From the NCBI GenBank assembly GCA_964016885.1, contig CAXHJY010001242.1, positions 33,273-97,272 on the forward strand: a stretch of 64,000 bases of DNA, written 5' to 3'. Below are positions 25,091-39,110 of this stretch, piece after piece. Each line of letters begins with the position of its first letter. Within the stretch, counting starts at the first letter, position 1. Position numbers and translations under genes: made by a program. Below the pieces are notes generated by a model. The model searched no databases. It saw only the letters and a program-made list of their open reading frames with translations, and was not told the origin of the DNA. The DNA is from Eledone cirrhosa (taxonomy: Eukaryota).

Positions 25091-28000
25091 GCAAGCATTC
25101 ATAGACACACATGCACACGCAGAGATAATTTATTAAATATTTACTAGCCTATCTGGCTTCAACAATTGATTGCCCAATTCAACATGCTTCGTATTAAATG
25201 TAAATCGTTCTAAAAGGAACACCCGCTGTGAGCACCCATGCTGATATAATTTCATATAAATAATAAAGAAACTGTAATTTTTATTAAATTCAAATATAAA
25301 TCCATATCACAATATACGAATATTTTACTTGGTGATTATATCACAACAAACTCATCATAAGTCTAATAGCTGTAGACACATGCATTTCCTTGTCGTTTCA
25401 AACGATCAGCACTCGGATAATTATACAGTGACACAGACCTATGAAGGTTTATCAGACCTATATGTTTTTCTAGCAAACTAATCTTAGTGAAAAAGGATTT
25501 ACATATGTAGCAAGCTGCACCCTAACGCAAATAGATGCATATATAAATTCATATACACAATATTAACGTATAATAAACATACATTTAATCTCGTGCTGCG
25601 TAGTTTAATATGTCACTGCTCATTCTGCATCTGAGTAAAATTAGTGCATGCTTTTATATTATTTCCCGGTTAAATCACCAGGATTCGAGGTTATTTTCAT
25701 AACCTTACGACTGTCTGTTATTTCGTTTTCATAGTCGGCATTTCTACCCGCTTGTTTTCGCTTTCCCCAGTTTCCTTTATATTTCAGTAAAATGTCATCA
25801 CTATTATAGTTTCTGAACTGATGGAAGCAAATAGGTCTATTTTAGCCGACAGAAAAAGCAATTCTCCATTCATGACTAGGTGCAATTCTGATGTTTTAAT
25901 TCGCTCATTAACGATATCTGTTTCATCATCTAACAAAGATTGCTGAAGGGTAAGTCATGGAGTTTGCCATCTATTCAGGGGACTATGCATAAAAAGACGA
26001 AAAGTCTCGCGGTAAAGGATGAGAAACAAATCAGGAAATAAAGGAAAGAAATATGTGATATAGGGAAAGAAACTCTGGTCTTTATTAAACGTTTTCCTTC
26101 GGTAAGAGGCAAATATTGAAAATTATTCAGTGAGAGGAAAAAAGATAACAATATCATGAAGAAAGCAAACACTTAACATAAAGATGCTAGATTCATGGTG
26201 AAGGGATTGATGCTAGTGTAATAAATTTAAGCCCGTTGTGGGTATGAAGGGTTGCATATAAAATAAATGCGTGATAAGTTGAGAGATTTTATGGTTGAGA
26301 ATATTGCAAAAGATTTATGAGGGACTGAGAACTTGTAAACTATTACTAAGGTGGGATTTGTTTCCGTTTAACCTTGCCGGATGTAGATCTGTTGGCTAGT
26401 CTTTTTAGTAAGATAGTAACTATATTTTTCTAACGTAAACTGCTGTTGAATATCTCAAAAACCTCAAATATGTTTCATGTTTTCCGCTGCTTTACGTTTT
26501 ATAATATCAGTGATTTGTGTGCACAATAGCTCGAATATATGACGTACATTTCAGCAAGCTTTGTTAGCAAACGAAAGCATTTGTTAGAAAAGTAATATCG
26601 TCGCAACGATTTTAAATAAATAGGTATTAGCACTGTATGTACAAACATAACGCTCTTGAAATTTTCGCAGACTATGTCAACAAACATGTAAGATAGAACG
26701 GGACAAACCAACAGCAACGGCTTCATTATTATAAAACCTCGCCTTAAATAGACAGGTTTTGTTCACCGTATAAATAGCACGAGGTTGCCTTGTAATATCA
26801 TTTACAACGGACTCAACACGGATACAATATCACTCGGATACCCTAAACGACGCTTTAAACCAATAGTAATAGACGAGGATGATTACAAGCATAGATGTTC
26901 TACAAACAACACGCAGAAAACAGAAAAAAAATAACGTTATTTTGTCAAAATCTGTTCACAAAATTTTAAAGAAAATTATCAAAGAATTAAAAAGCAAAAT
27001 GTGCCACTAGAAAAGTTTCGCTAACTCCACCAAGACCTACACCAGCCATCATATGTGGATAATGTTTTCATGCAAAAATCGGATTTCCAGCCTCCAATAG
27101 CACCGCCATGAATGAGTGATACAATACTTATCACACGCACATATACGTATAAATATGTGTGTATGTGGGCATATACCTGTTTGTATTTTCGTGTATGCTT
27201 GTACGTAAAATCTGTATTCGTTTACCCATTGATTCAAAACGTGAGAAATAAACGTGTTGTTTATGACAATTCACATATATAGAATGGTGTGTCACATGGT
27301 ATTAATATGTATATAAGCAAAGACAATATAGTGTTATGATGCGACCACTTTTAAAAAATACATCAAGCATATTCCTTCTCACTATTTCACGACTGGCCTC
27401 AGATGCACAAACATGCGTTTACAAACACAAACACCTATGCAATTTATATACACGTGTGTGCTTGAATTGATGTATATTTGTGTATTAAAATACATATGCT
27501 ATTCTATAGATTAAAAACTGAAATATATTATTGGATTTATAAACACTTAAACTATTAACATTGCCTTTAACTATCCAGCTTCAAATAGATTTTCAATCAT
27601 CGGACCCAGGATGATCGCAACTAATTTTGTCATAGAATTATTCTCTGAGCATTGATAGAAGTATTTTATAAATATTAATATATATTCGTATGCATATATA
27701 TATACACATGCAACTGCCCACATGCTCACAAACGGTGTTCAGGTGTGAATGTCTGTGTGCATGTAATTATACATTTCTAAAGAAGTAAATTAAAGCTCAT
27801 ATAAAACTAGTGGTAATATCATGCATAGCGGTTCAAATATTTTATGTGTGTGAATTGTTTTCTCCAGTATTTAAAATAATGTAGCTGTCTCGTTAATTGA
27901 CACAGCAAAACTATAATAAATTTCTGCAAAATATTTCCTCTCAGAAATAATCGGTGGAAAATTGGCTATTCTTCTGTGAGATAGAGATATTTTTAGGTTT

Positions 28001-28521
28001 TGTGAATTACGCTTTCTTTAACTGGAGAATGCCGAGAAAAGCGTTTAATATCCTACATTTTGTATAGCACTTCCTAAATAAGATACGTTTCCTGAAAGTA
28101 TGCCATTTTGAACAAATATCTATATTCGCAGGTAATTGGGACAACTCTGGATATCTTTACGGAAACATCCCTTTTCTCCTGTAGCTATAGTGTATCACAG
28201 TAGGTTCATTGCATCAGTGCTTTAGAATTATAACAATCGGGACAGTTGACTGTAAAATAAGATTCATAGATAAGATGAGCAATCCCGCACTAATTCGGTA
28301 CCAGCAATTATGGAATTGGAATAATAATTGGGTCTTGGATTTATAAAGAAATATATTCTATACTAACCGAATAATTATTTTTTTTACATTATTTTAGTCA
28401 TTACATAAAATAAAAATAAGTTGACGTGGTTCCTTTATATGTCTAAATAATATTGTTTGTAGACCACAAATCATATTTTCGGACAGAAATAAAAAAGCGT
28501 TATATATATATATATATATGA

Positions 28522-28560
<39 letters not shown>

Positions 28561-28615
28561 TCCCGGGTTCAATTGAGGGTAACCACAGTAAGTAAGGTAT
28601 TCAATACATAGTAGA

Positions 28616-28656
<41 letters not shown>

Positions 28657-28657
<1 letters not shown>

Positions 28658-29560
28658 GAGGGCAATCCCAATAGTAACGTTTCTAAAGCAATGGGGACGC
28701 AGAGAAACTGTTCATACGGCTGTTGGCAACACCGTTGTGATTGGTCTTCCTTCACTCCCAATGAAGCATGCGCGCGCATTACTGGGATGCTCAATCTTGG
28801 CTTGGCAGCCGTTGAGAATGGAGCTCCCGTTGAACGCTACCACCAAGTGCGAAGTTCGCGCACTTATTCGGTTTTTGAACGCAAGAGGCGTTGAACCGAT
28901 AGAAATTCATCGCCAATTGACGGAAGTGTATGGACAGTCGTGCATGGATGTCAAAAACGTTCGCAAGTGGCGTAGAGAGTTTACAGCCGGTCGTACTGAA
29001 ATTCACGACGAACAAATAAGCGGGAGACCGTACTTTCTGACGAGACAATCGCAAAGGTTGAGGAAAACAAGCATAAAGATCGGCGGATCACTCTGGATGC
29101 TCTCGGCATTTTAGTTCCTGAGGTTTCCCGAAGCACCATCCACAGGATTTTAACGGAGAAGTTGCGACTGTCTCGTCGGAAATTGATGGTCTCCCGCTCC
29201 TTTGTTCGTCGTGGATTTCAGTACAACCGGCTGTAAGCTCTCTACGCCACTTGCGAACGTTGTTGACATCCATGCACGACTGTCCATACACTTCCGTCAA
29301 TTGGCGATGAATTTCAATCGGTTCAAAGCCTTTTGCGTTCAAAAACCGAATAACCGCGCGAACTTCGCACTTGACGGTAGCGTTCAACGGGAGCTCTATT
29401 CTCAACGGCTGCCAAGCCAAATTTGAGCATCCCAGCGAAGCGCACGCATGCTTGATTGGGAGTGAAAGAAGCACCAATCACAACAGTGTTGACAACAACC
29501 GTACGAACAATTTCTCTGCGTCCCCATCGATTTGGAGACCTTAATTTTGGGATTGCCCTC

Positions 29561-29561
<1 letters not shown>
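28657..29561. mobile_element. Fold-back mariner derivative made of two inverted 5' halves
   Basis: TIR (TA)CGAGGGCAATCCCAA at both ends; both arms encode the transposase N-terminal HTH (EVRA.IRFL...IHRQLTEVYG...VRKW...SGRP); no DDD domain. Confidence 0.9.
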
Positions 29562-29625
<64 letters not shown>

Positions 29626-29793
29626 GATTTAACTCGAAAGTAGAGTTTTGAAACGCGAGTGTATAGGAATCTCAGGAAAAATGGGAAAACTCGGCGTATG
29701 GAAGTTGTTAGAACAGCAAAACACCATCAAAACGGCGTTGGGTAAAATATTAAATCGAAGGACTGAGATCAGCGGCGAGATGTGAATTGGTGT

Positions 29794-29860
<67 letters not shown>

Positions 29861-30334
29861 TATATACATATATGTATACATACATATATGTATACATACA
29901 TACTTAGGTTTGAAAACGTGTGCTTGCCTGAGTGTTTCTGGTAAAGATAGGTCAATAACTAATTGACTCAGATGTTACTTTATTAATTGTCCATCTGTAA
30001 AAGAGCAAGCTGTCAACTTTAAAATAAAACATGACATATTAAATATATAACTGAGACTTCTCTAAATAAAATAATGTTTCTGCCTCTATGTATAGAGAGG
30101 TAGTCATTACCTCTCTCTGTATATACACGATTCCATTTCAGATCCAGGTGCCTGCTCAACAAGAAAGATTAACAAACCTGCCCCAACACTTAATTTTAGA
30201 TCTTTAATTTTTAATTATTTTTAGTTCCTTTTAATTGAAATACTTACATTTGATAAGATGATTTTCACTGATACATCGAAACGGGTTATATTTTATATAT
30301 TCTATATATATTATATAACTCTTCTTTTCAATAA

Positions 30335-30406
30335 TGTGACTGAAACAGATCCAAGGTTCGATCTGTATCGATCTAGCCTGACTCTGTAATCAACGGCTCG
30401 TCAGGA
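30335..30406 (-). other. 5' half of an HHR (CTGACGA) related to the 5.4-kb/36.8-kb family
   Basis: Minus strand ctgacgagccgttgattacagagtcaggctagatc shares cagagtcag..gatc with that family; GAAA/helix III missing. Confidence 0.4.
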
Positions 30407-31580
30407 TATATATATATATACTTATCCTCTATATTTGCCTGCTCGGTTATTTTCTCTTTCTAATCGTGTTTCTGTACATTTACATTTATTTCTGTCTATC
30501 TGCATCCTATCTCTTTATATTTCTTCCGCTCGACCCCTTCTGCATATGTGTGTGGGCGTGTGTGTGCGTTTGTGTGCGCGTTTGTGTGTGCCTTTCTGTT
30601 TTTCTGTCTACATGCCTTTCTTTCTCTCTGATCCCTTCATATTTATTATATACCTTTCATTATCTATATGAAAGTTTATGCTATTTATGGTTTTGTACGA
30701 CTAAGAGGAAAATAGACATATCATTTGATGTTCTAGGTAATATTAGTTGATGTGCAGTTAACAAGTGCGAATGACTGAATGACAAGGACATATAAAATTT
30801 CATTTTACAACCAAATACCAGAACATTCAGACTATTTGAACTCGTGATCGAAGAAAACAAATTCACGTTAACTAAATATTGTATCTATTCAGTACGTTAT
30901 ATAGTTACCGCAGCCTATATAATGACCCATTTTTTTTCTAACTCAAGGTTCAGTTCACTCACATCCCATTACTATGTAATAACGTTACTTGTTATTTATG
31001 GAAATATTTAATACCAGCTATAGAAAAATGATTTTACGAAGACATAGTAAGAATCCAATATTTGAGATTTTTAGCTATTACACCCATATAAAATATTGCA
31101 TATTACAAGCTTCAGAAGACATTTTAACGGATATTATTTCGTATCAAAGAAAGTCAATAGTACTTTTTTCATTCTGGTATCACATATGACGTATATTTCG
31201 CAACTCTATATTTCAAGAGTTAGAATATTGTTACAATGTTCAATATATCGACAAATATAAGAGGAAAAATAAACAAGAACAAACAAGAAAGTGAAACAGA
31301 TTTTACAATTTTATCTTATTGAACAAGCTGTTCAAAATATTAATAGATTTTTGCTTACTATGTGTATGTTTTTGTTCAACCTGGTGTATAATAGAAATGC
31401 TGGTTGAATCTTGCTATTTTAATATATTCTGTTTTCATCGCAATTCTATATTTCTTACTGAAACATATTTCACACAAATAGACGACAAAAATATGAAAAA
31501 ATTGTCAGTTTTTACCTGATGTCACACCATGTATATCCGGTCACACATAGACACATATACAACAAATGTATGCCATGCAC

Positions 31581-31630
<50 letters not shown>

Positions 31631-33465
31631 GACATACACACACACACACATGCGCGCACGAACACATTGTTCTATGAAATGAGAATTATCTCTAATACAT
31701 TCGAACTTGTTTCGTGAAAATGACAGTGTTATTGATTATAAAGAAGGTCGCATCCATTCAAAACGATAGTTCAAACCATTGTTAATTCGTTTTTATCTAA
31801 ACATCATATAATTCGCATTTTATAATGCACTTCGATGTTAACCGAATGACTAAACCGATGATCCCTAAATGTGATCGTATACGATAGGTCGCATTAGCAT
31901 GAGAGCACATATAATGTTGTAACATTTTTACTTAACATTTTCGAAAAAACGCTTTCATAGTAGTTACACAAATTCCATTATAAAAGTATACTAACTTTAC
32001 AAAACATCAAATCATTTAGAAATATTTGGAGGATATACACTTAACTATCATTATTCAGGAAGATACTACATCACAATATCAATAGTATTTTCTGAGCTCC
32101 ATCTGTGTATTAAAATTATTCCTTATTTTCATCGTACTTAAATCAACGAATATCCATCATCTTAAAACAACCGATATTTGTTTTAATTCTTTCACTCAAT
32201 CTTTCTTTTTCATAGAGCTCTATGACGAAGACTTCACACTTTCACATTATCACTCATTTACGTTTTCTTGAACTTCAGACAGACTCCTACTTCCCCACTC
32301 ATTATTGGAAAATTAATAACTACACATATCTAAACCTTATGTAGGCGTCTGAGATATACGTATTTGTTCTGCCGCCTTGTTCCCTTTACGAGACGGATTA
32401 TCCTTATTATAATGTCCATCTTGTTCAATTTCGCCGTCCTCATATCAATAAGATTTTAAAAAGATATTAAAATATGAAAGAAAAACTAAAAGATAAGGAT
32501 ATAGTTTCTGTCACCCATCAAAGTAAGCATGCTATCATTTGGAATGTTATCGTTGTTATTCATAGTCTGTAGTCATTCATGGAGATCACAGTAACAAATC
32601 ATTCACTTAATATCCAAATTGAATGCAAGAACTCTACAGAAGTATTGTTTACGTCCATAAAGTGGGGAAACTGTATACATAAGTATTTCATTAATACATT
32701 TCATATTCTCCAGTATCCAGAACCTGCAAAATAATTGGTGCCGTTCCTACAAGGCAGATATCTTCCAGTGAATTTTCGCCTAAAAAGCTGTTGAAAATAA
32801 GTTAAATATGTTTCAAAATTAATACTGGGCTAACTTTGAGAGAAATGTATTTGACTTATGACGAATATATTAGATTTCTTTTAGAATGATTTCATTGATA
32901 TATACAAAAGTCTTTCTATTCACCAGAAACTGATTTGTTAAAACTTCGAAACAGTACATAAACACAATATATTGCAAGCGTCATTTTGGGATGTAACACC
33001 TGCTACACAAACTAAACAAATCATATTAAGAAATAGAGCCATCAACAGCGGGAGAAATAATGTCAACACGTACATTCCGAAATTATGATAGAAAAAAAAT
33101 ATATATTGAAAAACAAAACCAAAATATTTGACAACGCCAACAAAGTCATAAAAGCATCAAATTTAAGAATACTAAAATAATATCAAAATAATGACACGAG
33201 TAAGAAGAAACGATTAAAATGAACGTTACAGACAATATGATTGTGGTCAACATATCACTTTACCAAATACTTCATAAGTACTTTAAAGCGTGGAATAAAA
33301 TCACTGAGCTGGTGATATGATATAGTCATAAAAATAATATTAATATCTTTCCTGAAGACATTTTAATATTGTTTCTATATAAAAACATATACAGAAAGAG
33401 ACTTATATACATATATATTTTTTGTAAGTATGAGCGTGCGTGACTATATATATATGTGTGTTTAT

Positions 33466-33516
<51 letters not shown>

Positions 33517-33793
33517 TATACATATATATATAAAATCATACGTAACTTATCTGTTTCCAATCCGTGTATTTATACATTATTTTCTAGGTACAGATGTTTG
33601 TAATTATATATAGAGAGAGGTATGAAGATATATATGAATGAATACATGTTTATGTATATATGTATAAACCTGTATGACTTATATGTCATCTGTGACGGAT
33701 TTTCATTCTGATTCTACTCACTTCAGTTATATTAGTTATTCTGAACGTTAAATCACATATTTTTCATTTTAATCCGAAATATACACTTCATGC

Positions 33794-33986
<193 letters not shown>

Positions 33987-34019
33987 TATCTGTCTATATA
34001 TACATATAATCCCACACAT

Positions 34020-34770
34020 GATTTCACGGAGAACAACATGGCATGCACCCAATGGCAGGATTCACAATCAAATTGACTTCAGCTTCGCACCTCAATGTCA
34101 ACTCCCACATCTATGACCCTCCCTCGTACAGATTTCAACATTGCTCATAATTTAGTTCTGAGGACACGAAGCTTCAATTGAAAAGGATCCATAAAAAGGG
34201 AGCCAGTTATCAGGTTTTATCCTATGTTTGCAGCAATGTTTGAAATGTATGTATGAGGCAGGTTTGCTAACCTCAAACCTCTAGAAGACGATATTAACTC
34301 CTTAATCGACTTCATCAATGAAGCACTGCATGAATCATTTCTAAAGTGCCGGGTAGAAAGAGGAGGAAAAAGAAAACATGAGCACCTGAGGACATTTTTG
34401 ACCTATGCCATTTAAAACTAACTAAGAGAAAAATAAAGAAGGCAACAATACAACATTGTTAATAGAAGATCGGGAAGAAAATTGATTAAGCCAAAGTGAA
34501 GGGGATATCAGAAACATCGAAGATGGAATGAAAACGGTAGCAGTAAGACTAGTTATGAAATAACTAATAGAAAGAAAGCAACACATCACTATTAGCATTG
34601 AGGACTATAATGGCTTGCTCTACACAAACGAAACTGATATCATCTAAAGATAATCTGAGTAAAGCAAACAACTTTATAACCGCAAACTCAGGCATGACAT
34701 CAACATCCTAGATAATTCCACAAATAAGTACAAATAAATAGAGGCTGCTCCAATTCTCCACGAGGAAAAT
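34020..34770 (+). mobile_element. Highly decayed BovB/RTE-like LINE fragment
   Basis: RTTWHAPNGRIHNQIDF (APE C-terminus) then decayed linker ending near PILHEE. Confidence 0.6.
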
Positions 34771-35151
34771 GTACTTAAAGTATGGTATCCTTTGTACTAC
34801 ATACTTCAAACTCCCGACCTCATTCCTATGTACCGTCTTCCATTTTCTAGCACAAGCAAACACAGTATAGCGAGCAGTGGATGATCTTTTCCGGGTTCAA
34901 CGAATTGGAGCGTCATATAGCTGCCAACGAGTGGTCTTTACATCGAATATTTTGCTCTCTGAAACGAGCAGACACAACTAGATTACTGAGGTACTTCACC
35001 TTGTCAAATTCCGTCATTTTTAACGATATATATATCTTTAATTTTGAAAACTGGACGTCATATACGAGGATATCATCTCACTACCAAAGTAGATTTCACA
35101 TTGCTTTGATAGGTTATTCCCAGCAAGCTACATCCATTTCTTCAGTTTTTC

Positions 35152-35206
<55 letters not shown>

Positions 35207-35742
35207 GTTTGGAGTTGTAAGGCCAAGACAATGCAGGTATGGATATAGAATATAAATGCAAATGCAAAATATATTGTTGACAATTACTCTTTTACCTTAA
35301 ATCTATATAAATATCCTTAATTTTCGAAATAATATCTCTTCTCCGGAGGGAAGTAAAGTGGTTAATCCAGTGTTTTAATTAGCTTGCCAAGTCATGCTGA
35401 CAGGAAATGGTATAGAGATTCCATCCTATCTCTAATATCAAAGAGTGAAAGTTAGGTGGATAAAGAGTAGTCTCCCTTTAAAAGGGGTTTTGTACATGTA
35501 TGTTTAAGTGTGTGGGAGAATACGTGAAGGCGTAAATATGCGTCTGTGTGTGTCTGTGTCTGTGTGTGTGTGAGTGTGTGTGTGTTTTGTGTGTGTGTGC
35601 GAGAGAGAAGATATGTATATACGTAAATGTAGGGCTAGATGCTCTATCATGTTAAAACTGGTCTTTGTGTGTGTATGTGTGCGTGCGTGTGTGCGTGTGC
35701 GTGTGTGTGAGAGGGGGTGTAAGTGTGGGGCTAGGTGCTCTA

Positions 35743-36310
35743 TCATGTTATAAATTGGGTGTTGAGTTCTAGTCTACTATTGATTGGTGGTTGTGTTTTG
35801 TCTATAATCAGTGCTTCCTTAATTCTAAGATTGCCGAGGTTTCTTTCCGTAGTTTCTATCCTAACTGTTATGTTTTTGTCGGTGTTTTTGCATTTCACTA
35901 GGTGTTTCTTAAATGAGGAAGCGTTAGTATTGAGGTGTTCTTCTATTCTTATGTGAAGTGGTCTGGTATGCTACCTACGTAGAAGTTGCTGGTAATCTGT
36001 ATACGACGTCGCACTCTAATCTGTATACGACGTAAGCCTGGTTGCATAAGTCTGTGTCGTTGATGGGGCAGTTGTCTAGCTTGCAGCGGCTGTCATGTCT
36101 GATGGAGTGTCTCTTGGTTAGCTGTCCGCGTAGAGAAGGTCCTGAGTGGGCGGGCTAGTTGGATATCTAGTCCCTCTGGTCTGATAGGTCTGCGGGTGGC
36201 TGTTGTTGTTTCGTCACTGACGTGTGGAAGCTTCAGGAAGCAGGTCTTAGTGCCTCGTGTGTGGTGTCGTCTGTTCTTTCTGGCACGGTTCGTGGTGGAC
36301 GTCGGGTATC
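35743..36310 (-). pseudogene. Penelope-like element C-terminal GIY-YIG endonuclease remnant
   Basis: Manual translation across frameshifts: CKLDNCPINDTDLCNQAYVVYRLEC..NFYVGS/TRPLHIRIEEH...LRIKEALII...PPINSRLE...*; not in the ORF track. Confidence 0.85.
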
Positions 36311-36332
36311 CATATGTGTATATATATATATA

Positions 36333-36656
36333 TTAGGATTGGTGCTCTGAAATAGCGATGTATACATGAATGTATGTATAGTATATTTGGTTTTATACTG
36401 TATGTTTAATTAAAAACATTTTGAAGAACTTGCGCTATTATTTTAAAGTAGTGACTATGTCACTTACTTCTTTTTTCAGCAAAGGAAGGGAGATAAGCTG
36501 ACAGATCTGTTTCACACTGTTGTTGTTCATGAGAGCCTCGTACTCGCCGACCTCTGCCGAAAATTTTAGAGGCTGGATTCTCATAGAATGCCAGTAATAA
36601 TCAGGAACTGATTATACAGAGCCATTGCCAGTCCAGCAAAAGTAAAAAATTAGGAT
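36333..36656 (-). mobile_element. Single 317-nt monomer homologous to the 310-bp retrozyme
   Basis: Shares atcgctatttcagagca, tcttcaaaatgttt..aaacatacag and tgc.ggac.ggcaa..gctct...cagttcctg in the same order; atcctaa at both ends gives a 317-nt period. Confidence 0.8.
36495..36538 (-). ncRNA. HHR with mutated core (CTCATGA)
   Basis: Helix I aggct/agctt, helix II aca/tgt, GAAA, palindrome ACAGATCTGT, GUC; G5->C probably inactivating. Confidence 0.6.
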
Positions 36657-36744
36657 ATTTCAGAGCACCAATCCTAATTTTTATTTTTGCTGGACAGGCA
36701 ATGCTTTCGGAGCAATGAAAGAATATGCTCCGAAAGCATTGGAA

Positions 36745-36832
36745 GTGTCCGAGGAGCCCGCAGGTCCAGAGTCAGACAGATCCACACAATGATCGTGTAT
36801 CGAGCTGTCCGCCGGCGAAACAATTGTAACAC
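36745..36832 (+). ncRNA. Type I HHR variant with CCGAGGA core
   Basis: Helix I gtgt/acac, CCGAGGA, helix II gcc/ggc with insert, GAAACAATTGTA. Confidence 0.65.
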
Positions 36833-36974
36833 ACAGTATATTGACTTCAGATGCATCACTGATTTTTGGTTTTCTATTATATGATACTCTGCTCTGTAAG
36901 AGGATAGAGTGCCCAACCGGCATACTGCCTATGGAAGCATCTTAGCTACCATCAGACACACACATATATAAATA

Positions 36975-37253
36975 TAATATAAAACGAAAAATCAGTGATG
37001 CATCTGAACTCAGTTTACTGTGTCTTACAATTGTTTCGCCGGCGGACAGCGCGAGACACGATCATTGTGTGGATCTGACTGACTCTGGACCTGCGGGCTC
37101 GTCGGACACTTCCAATGCTTTCGCACCATATTCTTTCATTGCTCCGAAAGCATTGCCTGTCCAGCAAAAATAAAAATTAGAATTGGTCCTCTGAAATATC
37201 CTAATTTTTAATTTTGCTGGACCAGCTATCGCTCTGTATAATCAGTTCCTGAT
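36975..37253 (-). repeat. Inverted copy of 36600-36880, including HHR variant (37021-37109, core CCGACGA)
   Basis: Reverse complement match with scattered substitutions. Confidence 0.85.
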
Positions 37254-37830
37254 CATTTTATATCAACTAGAAATAGATTGACATATATATATATATAAAA
37301 TAAACACATGAAACAATCTCAGGGAATAATTTGAAAAGTGTGTAAGCACACATAGCTAGGTAGGTAACTAATTAAAGTTCAACTATAACTTCAAATAAAG
37401 ATAACTTTTAAAATGATTAATCTCTTTGTATATATTTATTTAAATAAAAAATATATTTCACCAATTAACCAGTAAATCACAGCTCGTGAATTTATCCTTG
37501 ATCAGATATTTACAAAAGCGAATGAAACCCATGGGGTAGGAACATAATCTTGGTATGATTATATACATTTTTTCTTCTAACTTTCATTTTATACCTAATT
37601 GTGTATGGTTGACGATATATTTAATCGATTTCCACGTGCTATTGAAATGCTGGGTAAATATTCTATAGCTGTCGTTTATTTATCTATTATTTCTTCATAG
37701 GTGCCTTTTAATCTCATAACCTGGTTTAATTGTTGTTTTTTTTGTGTGTGTTTGATTATGGTGATTGGGAGAGGAGATGGTGTATATATTTTAACAAATG
37801 ATTCTATGGACATACTTTATTGTTTACTGT

Positions 37831-37944
<114 letters not shown>

Positions 37945-38243
37945 TACGTACATACATACATACACATAAACATTCAGCAACACAAATATTTCAGACAAAA
38001 TATATAATTTTCAAATATTTAGATGTTTTTTTCAATAGCAATATGAGACAATGAAATGTCAAATTAATATCAAAAAATTGTAATCCTGTCACGTCTAATA
38101 ATTATTAGACGCGACAGGTGTCACTGTGCTTTTTCAGTATTAATGCTTAACCTTATAGACAAATAATCGGAGAGTGATAGGTAGATATTTATACAAATAG
38201 ACCGATAAATAGATTGATATATCTACTGGGAGGAATATTAACG

Positions 38244-38283
<40 letters not shown>

Positions 38284-38384
38284 CGCGTATTTGTGTGTGT
38301 GTATGTATGTATATATATATATATATGTGTAGGGGGGGGGGGTATCTGTTTATTTATGTGTGAGTTATATTTATATGACACAAA

Positions 38385-38730
38385 TGAGGCACATGGCTTA
38401 GTGGCTAGAGCATTGCCCTTGCAATCGAAAGGTTGTGAGTTTAATTCTCAGACCGGGTGATGTGTTGTTTCCTTGAGCAAGAGACTTTATTTCACATTGC
38501 TCCAGTTTACTCAGCTGTAGAAATGAGATGATAGGACTGGGGGTCCCTATCATGCCACTGCAAAGTGGTCGTGGAGGTGCCACGGCAAAAAAGCACCCAG
38601 CACTCACTGTAAATGAGGTTGGTGTTAGGAAGGTCATCCAGCTGTAGAAATCAAGCCAGAATCAGTTCCCATCCCACCCTTGCAAGCAGGGAAATAGCGG
38701 ACGTCAAAATGAAATGATGATGAAATGAAA
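38385..38730 (+). mobile_element. tRNA-derived CORE-type SINE
   Basis: A box TGGCTTAGTGG, decayed B box, CORE-like ccttgagcaagagacttt, tail ggttggtgttaggaaggtcatccagctgtagaaa and (TGA)n end. Confidence 0.75.
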
Positions 38731-39055
38731 TGACTCCAAAATAATGTATGTTTATCCATAAAGCAATCGAATGCCGTCAAACCACGTAATCCCTACCCCC
38801 ATCCCTTTTCTCACACGGTGAGTTTATCTGATAATAGAATAAAGTATTTAGTGCTCTACACAGTATATCGTACTTATACATTTTGTAGCCAGAGGTTAAC
38901 TATATCCATATAATTAGATATTGTGATCTAATGAATTTCGTTATTTTGGTACCAGTGTTAGGAGCCCCTTAAATTTTAATTGTAGCTTTTATCTTAAAAC
39001 TCTTTATTTGGAAAAGTTATGTTTGTTGTATTTATTTGTTAAATACGGTTTTGTA

Positions 39056-39110
39056 TACTCTTTTACCTGTTTCAGCCATCCGGCTGAGGCCATGCTGGGG
39101 CACCGCCCTG
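39056..39110 (-). mobile_element. CR1 extreme 3' tip
   Basis: Identical to the 53337-53390 end of the CR1 fragment. Confidence 0.7.

Noticed and set aside
25640-26200. Possible decayed host coding exon on the minus strand
   Set aside because: Short open stretches with stops and no recognisable domain.
29037-29043. CTGACGA as an HHR core
   Set aside because: Lies in mariner coding sequence with no helix II/GAAA/helix III arrangement.
30245-30292. TTGATAA-gatg...catc-GAAA as a U3-A8 variant HHR
   Set aside because: Helix II fits but helices I and III are weak; chance in AT-rich DNA cannot be excluded.
32200-32730. Possible minus-strand exon after a ttttgcag acceptor-like site
   Set aside because: Frames I read contain stops and no recognisable motif.
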